DNA of 56,985 nucleotides, taken from the NCBI GenBank assembly GCA_001817425.1, contig MHII01000006.1, forward strand, positions 1 to 56,985, written 5' to 3'. This document shows positions 10,399-19,612 of the stretch, piece by piece; the first letter of the stretch is position 1; each line of letters begins with the position of its first letter. The translations under genes were made by a program, and so were the position numbers. The stretch is from Candidatus Buchananbacteria bacterium RIFCSPHIGHO2_02_FULL_39_17 (GTDB lineage: Bacteria > Patescibacteriota > Patescibacteriia > Buchananbacterales > UBA6539). The notes under the pieces were generated by a model. The model ran no database searches, was not told the origin of the DNA, and saw only the letters and a program-made list of their open reading frames with translations.

Positions 10399-11175
10399 CT
10401 AACACTCCACAAAGACAGGAACCGCCCGGTGGTAGTGACGAATAGAAGCGTCGTCGGCACTGAGCCTGACTTGACGACACCCGTAATGCCAGCACAAGTC
10501 CGGCACGTACGACCAAGGCTGGCTGCCCGAAATAGATAGCTGATAGCCAGGCAACCAGACGAACGGCACTTTGACGCCGTCCATTGCCTGTATCCACCGG
10601 GGGAAACAAGATGCCGCCCACAAGATTGCCGAAGGCAGCGAGGTTTTAGGAGTATGGACAGTTGGAGCAATGCCGTCTTTCTTATCCCAGTTGGCGGCGA
10701 AGTCAACTACTCGCCAGTGCAAACCGCGCTGATGAATAATGCCATCGAGCAACTTGAGATGATTTTCGTCGGACTTTACCTCGGGCCAGCGCCATTCACC
10801 TGGCTGAACCGCTTTGGTGAAATACCAGCCTTCTTCAAAAGTCCGGCTAACCGTGTCCAAAGACACATCCAGCACGACGGCGCAAAGATAGCCATCTGGC
10901 CAGGCCGGTGGCGGGCCAAGCGCTTCAAAGTCGGCTTCGGTAAAACCCCAATGGCGCTCGGCATTGCGCTGTCTGGTCAGTTCAAGTTGTTTTTCCGGCG
11001 GGATGAAAAACGACCGTCGGTCAATCAGCTTTGACACCTCCCGCATCACCTCGTCGGGATTAAGCGAGCCTTTACGGACGCGCTCAAACACATCGTGCTG
11101 GTGGCGGGCAAATTCGCCCAGCTTATCATCGGTGGGCACTACTCTTTTTTCGTCCGCGACAATTTCGGTTGTCAT
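10399..11175 (-). CDS. DGR target protein with a C-terminal variable region
   Basis: 258-aa GC-rich ORF. The last ~45 codons are the VR (...SGSQPWSYVPDLCWHYGCRQVRLSADDASIRHYHRAVPVFVEC). Confidence 0.8.
   Translation of the reverse strand: MTTEIVADEKRVVPTDDKLGEFARHQHDVFERVRKGSLNPDEVMREVSKLIDRRSFFIPPEKQLELTRQRNAERHWGFTEADFEALGPPPAWPDGYLCAVVLDVSLDTVSRTFEEGWYFTKAVQPGEWRWPEVKSDENHLKLLDGIIHQRGLHWRVVDFAANWDKKDGIAPTVHTPKTSLPSAILWAASCFPRWIQAMDGVKVPFVWLPGYQLSISGSQPWSYVPDLCWHYGCRQVRLSADDASIRHYHRAVPVFVEC
10403..10537 (-). repeat. DGR variable repeat (VR) at the 3' end of the target gene
   Basis: The 127-bp core 10411-10537 aligns without gaps to 9950-10076 with 18 mismatches. Twelve of them are at TR adenines on the minus strand. 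Confidence 0.85.
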
Positions 11176-11332
11176 GACAAATCCTCCTTATCCTTATTTG
11201 ACTGTCTTACAACCGGCAAGACTACGGTTTCTCTACTTTAGAGAATAATTAATTATATCATAAATTATTAATTTGTCAAGTCATAAATAATCTGCTAAAA
11301 TACATAGACATTACTAATCATAAATACTAATT

Positions 11333-11830
11333 ATGACCGAAAAAAGAAAAGATTATTTAAACTGGGACGAGTGTTTCATCCAAATCGCTTTTGTCATGGC
11401 CCAGCGTTCAAAAGATCCTTCGACTCAGGCCGGCGCCGTCGTGGTTGACCAAGATAATATTGTCGTTGGTTTAGGTTACAACGGCTTCCCCCGCGGCTGC
11501 ACGGACGAAAATTTCCCTTGGTCGCGCGAAGGTGATTTTTTAGAAACTAAATACGCCTATGTCGTCCACGCCGAAGAAAATGCGATTTATAACGCTAATA
11601 AGCAGACCAACGGATGCAAAGTCTATACAACCATGTTTCCTTGCAATGAATGCGTCAAAACTTTAATCCAAAGCGGTATCGCTGAAATTATTTATGCTTC
11701 GGATAAATACCATGACCAGCCAGCCTGGCAGGCTGGCCGAAAAATGCTTGAAGCCGCCGGCGTCAAATATCGCCAGTATCAACCTCAATTTAATTTAAAT
11801 TTGAAAAAAATTGACCCCATTAGACATTAA
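11333..11830 (+). CDS. dCMP deaminase (ComEB/Dcd family cytidine/deoxycytidylate deaminase)
   Basis: HAEENA and PCNECVKTLIQSG zinc-binding motifs. Confidence 0.9.
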   Translation: MTEKRKDYLNWDECFIQIAFVMAQRSKDPSTQAGAVVVDQDNIVVGLGYNGFPRGCTDENFPWSREGDFLETKYAYVVHAEENAIYNANKQTNGCKVYTTMFPCNECVKTLIQSGIAEIIYASDKYHDQPAWQAGRKMLEAAGVKYRQYQPQFNLNLKKIDPIRH

Positions 11831-11895
11831 CTTAATTTTGTGTGATACCTCATAACAAATACTAATAATAAAATTTTAAATTCTAAAAATCCATT

Positions 11896-12462
11896 ATGTC
11901 TAACGGGGTGAATAAAATTATTTTAGGTTTTGTCGGTCCTCTCGCTTCCGGTAAAGGCGCAATTTGTCAGTATTTAAAAGAAAAACACGGAGCATCGGTT
12001 TTTCGCTTTTCCACTATGCTTCGTGATGTTTTAAATCGGCTTTATTTAGAAATCAGCCGCGACAATATGCAAAATCTTTCTTCGGCTTTAAGGCAGACTT
12101 TTGGTGATGATTTATTGGCTTCAGTAATCGCTAATGATGTTAAAAATGAAAAAAATGAATTTATTGTCATTGATGGCGTGAGGCGTGAACCCGACATTAA
12201 ATATTTAAAAGATTTCCCCAATTTCTACTTAATTGAAATAAAAGCTGACCAAAAAATTCGCTGGGAACGGATGAGAAAGCGCGGTGAAAATACCGACGAT
12301 AACACCAAAACTTTTGCTGAGTTTAAAAAAGACGAACAAAGAGAAGCGGAAAAAAATATTTCAGACGTAGCTAAGTTAGCTAAGTTTAAAATTGATAATA
12401 GCGGCACGTTAGCAGAGCTATATCGGCAAATGGAAAATATCTTAAAAAAATTCAAATTTTAA
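11896..12462 (+). CDS. P-loop nucleoside/deoxynucleoside monophosphate kinase-like protein
   Basis: Walker A GPLASGKG. The size and the dNMP-metabolism neighbourhood fit. Specificity is unknown. Confidence 0.5.
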   Translation: MSNGVNKIILGFVGPLASGKGAICQYLKEKHGASVFRFSTMLRDVLNRLYLEISRDNMQNLSSALRQTFGDDLLASVIANDVKNEKNEFIVIDGVRREPDIKYLKDFPNFYLIEIKADQKIRWERMRKRGENTDDNTKTFAEFKKDEQREAEKNISDVAKLAKFKIDNSGTLAELYRQMENILKKFKF

Positions 12463-12576
12463 ATTTCAAAAATACAATTCAAATCTGAAAACTTAAAAAT
12501 TTGATTTTTGAGATGTAATTTTGAGATTTGATTTTTGAGATTTAAGTTGTTTAATCTTTTTCTACAATATTAGCTA

Positions 12577-12999
12577 ATGAAGATTAAAATAAAAAAAATC
12601 AACCCAGATTGTATCATCCCCACTTACGCTCACCCCGGCGATGCCGGCCTTGATTTGCATAGTTTAGAAAATTATTCACTCAATCCGGGAGAAAGGAAAA
12701 TTTTTGCTCTTGGCTTTGCTCTGGAATTTCCCCTAGGCTTTGTCGCTATTGTTAAAGATAAAGGCGGTTTGCCTAAAAATGGTGGGGTTCATACCATGGG
12801 CGGGGTTTTTGATGCCGGCTATCGCGGCGAATATAATGTCAATTTAATTAATCTTTCCAGCCAGCCTTATCAAATTAATCAAGGCGACAAAATTGCCCAA
12901 TTAATTATTTTGCCGGTCTTCCAAGCGGTGTTGGAAAAAACTGAACACTTAACTGATACTGACCGCGGCCAAGGCCGCTTTGGTTCTACCGGCCACTAA
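12577..12999 (+). CDS. dut: dUTP diphosphatase
   Basis: Motifs AGLDL, GVFDAGYRGE, DKIAQLI and the C-terminal RGQGRFGSTG. Confidence 0.93.
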   Translation: MKIKIKKINPDCIIPTYAHPGDAGLDLHSLENYSLNPGERKIFALGFALEFPLGFVAIVKDKGGLPKNGGVHTMGGVFDAGYRGEYNVNLINLSSQPYQINQGDKIAQLIILPVFQAVLEKTEHLTDTDRGQGRFGSTGH

Positions 13000-13159
13000 C
13001 AATCTCTTTATTATTTTGACTCTACCCGCCTACCAACGCCTATATTAATTTACAAAACTGAAATTTTTATTCTATTAAATCTCCTAGCTCTAGTTGAAAT
13101 ATATACTAGGCAATGGCGGGCAGGTCTGGACTTATTAACTTTATCTTGACTAATTAAAT

Positions 13160-15484
13160 ATGGAGGATAATAAAATTTTTTACCTTATTGGTATTGGCGC
13201 CTTAATTGTTTTAATTTTGGCGGCCATCGGTTTTTTATTTGTTTTTATTTGGCAAAAACCATTTTCGGCTAAAGAACCAGCGCTAATCAATCAAGTCACG
13301 ACCACCCCGAGCTTTGGCACTTTACCTCAAACACCAGTTGACAGTAACGGACCCACCACCCCAAGCCCGGAAGAACAATTAGCCAAAGAAAAATATTTTA
13401 TTTCAACTTTTTACCAAGCCGCGACTTCAACCACTGTCGCTAAAATCCCTGATCTCGACCTGCCACTGGCTAATGTCAAAGAGCAAATATTAAACTATCG
13501 CGATTTTTCGCGTAAAATTCCAATTGAAAATGCTTTACCGAAACTAAGCAATAACGGTTTTGTCGTTATTAATAACCCGTTTGGCAATGTCACTTCTAAT
13601 TGGCAAACCGCCTTTTCCCTGATTAATGAAAAAAATGTGCCCGCGCTTATTACCAGCGATGCGGTTATCGGCCTTTATCAAGATACGTTGCAAATTATTT
13701 ATAAAGAAATTGAACAAGATAAATTTTATGCCTCGCTTTGGCAGCTTTTACATGATCTTTTTAATCAGGTCAAAGCGCGCTATGATGTCAAGCGCCAACA
13801 GTTTGGCATTGAAAGCGACCTAATCACTGAAGCCAATCGTCTGGAACTGGCTTACTTGACTGTGGCCTTGAAATTGCTGGCACCAGAGCCAAGCCAGCTC
13901 CGGGAATCAATCACCGCCCAGCGCCAATTTTTTTCCCCTTTTGAAAACGAAACTTATCAAATCACAGTTCCGCCTTATCTAATTAACGACGTTGAATCAG
14001 AAATCAGACTGATTGATGCTAAAGTTAAATCCGCCAAATCGCCAATTTTATTATATCAGCAAAGCTACACCCCTTATTTGATTCCTGCCCAGTATCAAGC
14101 TTCCGAAAAATTAAAAAATTATTATCTGGCGATCACTTGGTTAAATCAAGTCTTTTTCCCGCTAAACGCCAAAAACGGCGACTGCCCTGACTGCTTACTT
14201 GACGAGCCGGACCAACGTCTTGGTTTCTTAGCGGCTTTATATCTAAGCGATGACTTAGGCTCAAATCAGCGCTTGAAAAACCAGTGGGCAAATATTTATA
14301 AAACAATTGCCTTTTTTAAGGGCCTGGAAACCGATCTGACTTATCTTGATTATCATTACGCTCTTGAAAATGAATTTGGCAAGGATTTTCACCTTGACCA
14401 AATTTTTAAAACTGATGTCGAAACAATTAAGCAAAAACTAGATTTGTTGAAAAAAAGATTGCTAGACATTAAATTCTCCCGCGCCTTGCGTGCAAGCACT
14501 AAAGCAAAAGATTTAGGTTGGCGACTTTTGAGAAATTACTTCTTGACTGAAGAAAAAATTTTTACTGACTTGACCGGCCAAAACCCTGGCAATTATTTAG
14601 GCGCTGTTAACGACCCGAAAAGACCAAACACCAGCTGCTCCCAAAAACAAAACCTTTCCCGCTGCCGGCCGACTAGTTTAGATATTTTTAATGTTTTAGG
14701 CAATAATCAAGCTGCCGAAATTTTAACTGACACGAAAAATAACCAATACCAAAACTATCAGCAGATCACCGACTCATTAAAATCCGCTCTCCAAGAATTT
14801 GATCAAAACACTTGGCATGATAATTCTTATCTAAGTTTATTTTCTGCCCTCCAAAGCTTCAAAACTGATAACCTCAACGGCTATCCGGCTTTTATGAAAA
14901 ATGAAGTTTGGCAGAAAAAAAATCTTCAAACCGCACTGGGGGCTTGGACTAATTTCCATCGGGAAATCAAATACGAAAAAACTAGCTCTCAGAGTTTTGC
15001 CGGCTTTCCCAATTATTTTGGCTATGGCTACATTGAGCCTCAAGCCGAAACTTATGCCCAACTTTTAGCTAATGTTAAAATGATTAAAAAAGGCTTTAGC
15101 GCCCTTCAAATTATTGGCAGCGGCGAAAAATCTTATGAGCGCTTATCTAATCTTGAAAATTTACTCAACAATATCTTACAAATTACCAAAAAAGAACTGG
15201 CTAATAACGAACTATCGGCTGACGATTACAATTTTATCAATAATTTTTCTCGCACCATTAATTTATTGACGGGCGAAATTAAAAAAGAAAACCTACAAAA
15301 TCTTTATACTTTAAGCCTAGTTTTTCCCGGCCAAAAAGTTCTAAATGAATTTATTGATGGCTTTAATTATTTAATTGTGGTTTATCCGGATAAAAATGGT
15401 AAATTGTTTTTTGCCATTGGTCCGGTCTTAAACTATTTTGAAAATCAAAAAATCCCCGCCGCCTGGCAGAAAGAATTTAAATAA
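13160..15484 (+). CDS. large N-terminally anchored extracytoplasmic protein, unknown function
   Basis: 774-aa ORF with a single N-terminal TM helix. No catalytic motif recognised. Confidence 0.6.
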   Translation: MEDNKIFYLIGIGALIVLILAAIGFLFVFIWQKPFSAKEPALINQVTTTPSFGTLPQTPVDSNGPTTPSPEEQLAKEKYFISTFYQAATSTTVAKIPDLDLPLANVKEQILNYRDFSRKIPIENALPKLSNNGFVVINNPFGNVTSNWQTAFSLINEKNVPALITSDAVIGLYQDTLQIIYKEIEQDKFYASLWQLLHDLFNQVKARYDVKRQQFGIESDLITEANRLELAYLTVALKLLAPEPSQLRESITAQRQFFSPFENETYQITVPPYLINDVESEIRLIDAKVKSAKSPILLYQQSYTPYLIPAQYQASEKLKNYYLAITWLNQVFFPLNAKNGDCPDCLLDEPDQRLGFLAALYLSDDLGSNQRLKNQWANIYKTIAFFKGLETDLTYLDYHYALENEFGKDFHLDQIFKTDVETIKQKLDLLKKRLLDIKFSRALRASTKAKDLGWRLLRNYFLTEEKIFTDLTGQNPGNYLGAVNDPKRPNTSCSQKQNLSRCRPTSLDIFNVLGNNQAAEILTDTKNNQYQNYQQITDSLKSALQEFDQNTWHDNSYLSLFSALQSFKTDNLNGYPAFMKNEVWQKKNLQTALGAWTNFHREIKYEKTSSQSFAGFPNYFGYGYIEPQAETYAQLLANVKMIKKGFSALQIIGSGEKSYERLSNLENLLNNILQITKKELANNELSADDYNFINNFSRTINLLTGEIKKENLQNLYTLSLVFPGQKVLNEFIDGFNYLIVVYPDKNGKLFFAIGPVLNYFENQKIPAAWQKEFK

Positions 15485-15491
15485 TGAAATT

Positions 15492-16364
15492 ATGAAAGCT
15501 TATCTTGATATTGTTAAAAAAATTTTAGATACTGGTGAAAAAACCACGAACCGAACCGGCATTGACACCCTGGTAATTCCGGGTACGATTTTTCAGCATG
15601 AAATGAAAAATGGTTTTCCTCTTCTAACAACCAAAAAAGTGCCTTACCGATTAGTGGCTACGGAACTGGAATTTTTTATTAAGGGCATCACCGATAAAAA
15701 ATGGCTCCAGGACCGAAACAATCACATCTGGGATGAATGGTGCACGCCGCTTAAAATTCCTTATGCTAATGACGAGGAAAACAAAAAAAAGATGCTTGAG
15801 GAAAGAGATTTAGGAACAATCTACGGCTGGGAATGGCGTCATTTTGGCGCCGAATACAAATCTTATGACACTAATTATTCCGGCCAAGGTGTGGATCAGT
15901 TGCAAAAATTGGTCAATGATCTAAAAACTCACCCCGATAGTCGCCGAATGTTAGTCTTAGCTTGGAACCCTTTAGATATTGATAAGGCGGTGCCACCATA
16001 TTGCCACTATGCTTATCAGGTGACGGTCACGAACAACAAATTAAATTTATTCTGGAATCAGCGCTCCGTCGATGTTGCCTTAGGTTTGCCGTTTAATATT
16101 GCCAGCTATGCGACCTTGCTTCATTTATTGGCCAAGGAAACCGGCTATGAAGAAGGCAGATTAACTGGCTTTTTGGCGGACACGCATATTTATGTTAATC
16201 ATGTGGACGGGTTAAAAGAGCAATTGTCCCGTGACCCGAATAAATATCCCCTGCCGCAAATCAAAACCGAAAAGTTCACTTCCATTTTTGACTGGCAAGC
16301 CGAAGACACGGAGTTAATAAATTACCAAAGCTATCCGATGATTAAATTTGAAATCGCCGTCTAG
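15492..16364 (+). CDS. thyA: thymidylate synthase (ThyA)
   Basis: Motifs NRTGIDT, RRMLVLAWNP and PPYCHYAYQ. The start is moved to the ATG at 15492 (MKAYLDIVK). Confidence 0.95.
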   Translation: MKAYLDIVKKILDTGEKTTNRTGIDTLVIPGTIFQHEMKNGFPLLTTKKVPYRLVATELEFFIKGITDKKWLQDRNNHIWDEWCTPLKIPYANDEENKKKMLEERDLGTIYGWEWRHFGAEYKSYDTNYSGQGVDQLQKLVNDLKTHPDSRRMLVLAWNPLDIDKAVPPYCHYAYQVTVTNNKLNLFWNQRSVDVALGLPFNIASYATLLHLLAKETGYEEGRLTGFLADTHIYVNHVDGLKEQLSRDPNKYPLPQIKTEKFTSIFDWQAEDTELINYQSYPMIKFEIAV

Positions 16365-16628
16365 AAATCTCAAAAAATTAAACCCGCCTGCCGCGCCCGA
16401 TTTCGCTTTGACGAAGTCAAGGCGGGCGGGCCATCGCCTTGCTTAAATATTTAATAATAAATTTCAGTCCGAATAAACCTAAATTGTTTCACTGAAATTT
16501 TTTGGGGCAGGCATTGACGGGCAGGTCTCAAATCTCAAATATACATCTTAAAATTAAAAAATAAATGCCGCCAGAGACGGCCTCCAAAATTTTGACTTTT
16601 CCCGCTACCATAATCTATTTTAGAAGGT

Positions 16629-16689
16629 GCCGATGTAAAATCGGCATCCCGACTTTACGTCGGGAAAGGCGGGATCCCGCCGTAGGCGG
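16629..16689. repeat. four consecutive short GC hairpins/palindromes
   Basis: GCCGAT..ATCGGC, TCCCGAC..GTCGGGA, GGCGGGATCCCGCC and CCGCC-GTA-GGCGG. Confidence 0.6.
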
Positions 16690-16774
16690 TGATAAATTTT
16701 GAATTTTGATTTCTATAAAAATCTGAAGGATAAAACTAAAGATTAAAAAATTACAACATAAAATATACTTATCT

Positions 16775-17299
16775 ATGAAGCTGATATTAATGATGGCCAC
16801 CACGGTTGACGGCATTATTGCCAAAACCAAAGACCAAAAAGCCGATTGGACCACGCCGGCGGACAAAAAAGCCTTTATTGCCGAAACCAAAAAGCATGGG
16901 GTGATTATTATGGGCGATACGACTTTTGATACCATCGGCAAACCTTTACCCGGCCGGCTTAACTTAATTTTAAGTTTTACTCCGGAAAAATATAAAGAGC
17001 GTGAAATCCCCGGCACTTTAGAATTTGTCAAAATGCCGCCCGGAGATGTGGTTAAGATGCTTGAAAGCCGAAATTTTTCTTCCGCCATTTTAGGCGGCGG
17101 CGCCAGAACCAATGCCGCTTTTTTAAAAGCCGGCTTGGTGGATGAAATCTTAATTACCATTGAGCCAAAACTTTTCGGCGTGGGCATTAATTTTACCGAA
17201 GGTGAGGATTTAGATTTGAATTTAGAATTAATTGAAAGCAAAGAAATTGGCGACAATGCCGTGCAGTTGAAATATAAAGTGAAGCCTCCCCCGGCCTAA
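16775..17299 (+). CDS. dihydrofolate reductase family protein (RibD C-terminal domain type)
   Basis: Motifs MATTVDGIIA, VIIMGDTTFDTIG and RLNLILS, next to thyA. Confidence 0.75.
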   Translation: MKLILMMATTVDGIIAKTKDQKADWTTPADKKAFIAETKKHGVIIMGDTTFDTIGKPLPGRLNLILSFTPEKYKEREIPGTLEFVKMPPGDVVKMLESRNFSSAILGGGARTNAAFLKAGLVDEILITIEPKLFGVGINFTEGEDLDLNLELIESKEIGDNAVQLKYKVKPPPA

Positions 17300-17435
17300 A
17301 AATCAAGGTTTCTTCTCTTAACTAAGAGAGAGGCGAAACCCACGCACCGTCCGCCTAAGGCGGGCTGGTGCATGGGTAAAAAAATGACAGGCGAAAATCA
17401 ATTCACCTGTCGTTAATCTTATTTTACCGCCAAGG

Positions 17436-17735
17436 TTAGGTTATTTGATTGTCAGTTTCAACTGCGGCATAATTAATCAAGTTAATTACGAAACAACCAA
17501 CTGCGACCAGCCCTAGGCTCATTGTCCAGGACACTGATTCTATAAGAGAAAATTCACCGCCGAGTAAGTAAGACCACCAAAAAAAGGCAATACTGACTAA
17601 ACCAAGTACTAATGGTGAAAAGGCCACTATAAACCAGAAACCGCCAACAGTTACTGAAGTAACCTGATTTAACCGCCAAATATAAACGACGGTAACAAAA
17701 ATCAGCCACACCAAACAAATAATTCCAGCCATCAA
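17436..17735 (-). CDS. small membrane protein
   Basis: 99 aa with three predicted TM helices, preceded by SD GGAGGGA. Confidence 0.55.
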   Translation of the reverse strand: MMAGIICLVWLIFVTVVYIWRLNQVTSVTVGGFWFIVAFSPLVLGLVSIAFFWWSYLLGGEFSLIESVSWTMSLGLVAVGCFVINLINYAAVETDNQIT

Positions 17736-17756
17736 TCGTCCCTCCTATTTTTTCTT

Positions 17757-18047
17757 CTACATTCTGCGGTCAGGTACGACGAAAAAATCCTTAAGAAATA
17801 TAACTAACAGGGCAAGAGTAAGCGCAATCTTTGTCCTTAAATCAACTAAATTAGATCCGATACCCAACAATATCCATAGTATAACCAGCCAGCCTAACCA
17901 GTAGATTGACCGGATCCGGTCATAGCGCCACAAACAAAATTCAACAAATTTACTGCTACTGCCACAGTACTTTACCATTAGCCCGGTCACCAAAAACTGC
18001 AAAAGACGCAAGGCAAAATAACCGACTAAAATCATCAAGATCAGCAT
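17757..18047 (-). CDS. small membrane protein
   Basis: 96 aa and hydrophobic, with SD GGAGGG upstream. Confidence 0.55.
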   Translation of the reverse strand: MLILMILVGYFALRLLQFLVTGLMVKYCGSSSKFVEFCLWRYDRIRSIYWLGWLVILWILLGIGSNLVDLRTKIALTLALLVIFLKDFFVVPDRRM

Positions 18048-18118
18048 TATGCAACCCTCCGTTATTAAGGTTCCAAAACTTATTAAAAATTACTATATTT
18101 TGATTCTAATGTCAATTT

Positions 18119-18715
18119 ATGAAAAAAGTTGGCAAGTTCATTGTTTTATACGGCACCAATAACCTGGGCAAAACCACCCAGGCGAAATTATTAGTGGAAA
18201 AATTAAATCAAAATGGTTTTCCGGCCGAGTATCTAAAATATCCGATTTATGATTTAGCGCCCACTGGACGCAAGATCAATCAAATCTTGCGCGGCGGGGC
18301 TGACCAAAAAATTAGCGAGCTTGAACTGCAGGAACTTTACGCTCAAAACCGCCGCGATTTTGAACCAACGCTAAAAGAAAAATTAGAAGGCGGCATTAAT
18401 ATTGTGACCGAAGATTATATTGGCACTGGTCTGGCTTGGGGCGTGACCAAGGGTGCGCCGTTAACGCAATTAGAAAAACAAAATCAAAATTTACTCAAAG
18501 AAAATTTAGCGATTCTACTGGATGGTGAACGTTTTTTAGACGGCAAAGAACAAAATCATTTACATGAAAGCAGTGATGAATTAATAACAAAAAACCGGCG
18601 AATTCACTTGGATTTAGCCAAAAAATATGGCTGGCAGATTGTTTCTGCCAACCAATCAGTAGAAAAAGTCCAGCAAGACATCTGGCAAAAAGTCAGAAAA
18701 TTTATTTCTATTTAG
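18119..18715 (+). CDS. tmk: thymidylate kinase
   Basis: P-loop YGTNNLGKTTQ. The size and context fit. Confidence 0.8.
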   Translation: MKKVGKFIVLYGTNNLGKTTQAKLLVEKLNQNGFPAEYLKYPIYDLAPTGRKINQILRGGADQKISELELQELYAQNRRDFEPTLKEKLEGGINIVTEDYIGTGLAWGVTKGAPLTQLEKQNQNLLKENLAILLDGERFLDGKEQNHLHESSDELITKNRRIHLDLAKKYGWQIVSANQSVEKVQQDIWQKVRKFISI

Positions 18716-19088
18716 AGATAAAGGGGGTTATGATTCTTTGACTTGACGCTGTCTTTACTTCATAACTCCCCTAACCCGTCTTATCCTAAGAGGGGAATAC
18801 CTTAATAGATTTTTACCTTGTAATTGCCACGGCAAGTCGCATTTGATTACAGAAACGCAGACAGGTCTGACCTATTGACAAACACACTTTTTAAGTGTAA
18901 GATAATTTTGAAGTGCCAATCAAGCGTCATGGTTCAATGGCGAATCTAATTGATCAATACGGCTGGGAAGCTTCCTTTTGTAGAACTGACCAAAGTGTTC
19001 TAAATTATCTCTTCACCATCAGCGACTTAGGAAGCGATCTGCCTAAACAATTGAAACAAAAAAAATCATCAGTACGGAGGATAAAACC

Positions 19089-19205
19089 ATGAAGAAAAAA
19101 AGACATCGCTGGAGTTTAGGACGTTGTTGGATAAGACTAATGAAAAAGTTAGCCGGCCGCAGCACCAACCTCTATCAGCCGCATTTGGTACCAAAAAATC
19201 GGTGA
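19089..19205 (+). CDS. 38-aa basic peptide (MKKKRHRWSLGRCWIRLMKKLAGRSTNLYQPHLVPKNR)
   Basis: SD GGAGG lies 8 nt upstream and an intrinsic terminator 20 nt downstream. It is below the ORF-track size cutoff. Confidence 0.4.
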   Translation: MKKKRHRWSLGRCWIRLMKKLAGRSTNLYQPHLVPKNR

Positions 19206-19226
19206 TATCGCTCCATTTTTTCGTTT

Positions 19227-19255
19227 GAGTCCTCAACAGAGGACTCTCTTTTTTT
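19227..19255 (+). terminator. intrinsic terminator
   Basis: GAGTCCTC-AACA-GAGGACTC followed by TCTTTTTTT. Confidence 0.8.
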
Positions 19256-19430
19256 AATGTATTAACAAATACCAATATGAGTAAAGCCACGTCTAATAAA
19301 ATCATTCGGGGCTTTATTTTTTTTAAAATTTATGATAATATATAAAGCGATACCAATCTACAAATAACATGCGAATGATACGAATATATTTGCTGCATTC
19401 GCATAAATTCGTAATTTGCATTATATTTTT

Positions 19431-19612
19431 ATGAAATTAACACCCATCATCGGCCTAGAAATCCACCCCGCCCTAAGTTCGCGAATAAATTTTAAAAAAC
19501 TTTAGAGTTTATTCGGCGCGAATACGCCTTCGGCTTACATTATATAATTTTCAAGTTTAAATAATTAACTTAAGGCGGGGCAAGCGTTAATTCGATAATA
19601 TATATTAAATAT
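19431..19612. mobile_element. displaced gatB 5' end (19431-19466), ~114-nt structured element (19467-19580) and spacer (19581-19612)
   Basis: 19431-19466 encodes MKLTPIIGLEIH, identical to gatB codons 1-12 at 19613-19648, with 8 nucleotide differences that are all synonymous. The element is homologous, in inverted orientation, to the one after gyrB. Confidence 0.75.

Larger units (their letters stand above)
8503..11175 (-). mobile_element. diversity-generating retroelement (RT, avd, TR, target/VR)
   Basis: All four components are present within 2.7 kb. Confidence 0.85.

Noticed and set aside
10162-10706. ORFs 10162..10380, 10290..10706, 10316..10621, 10654..11034, 10776..10964 and 10964..11248
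   Set aside because: They lie in the VR-TR spacer or overlap the GC-rich DGR target in other frames. GC-rich DNA produces long spurious ORFs, and none has a start signal or recognisable motif.
13020-13135. CCCGCC...GGCGGG-ended elements after dut (13024-13128) and after thyA (16381-16432) as further gene-terminus-duplicating insertions
   Set aside because: They share the end motif style, but I could not find a convincing second copy of the dut, thyA or neighbouring gene termini next to them.
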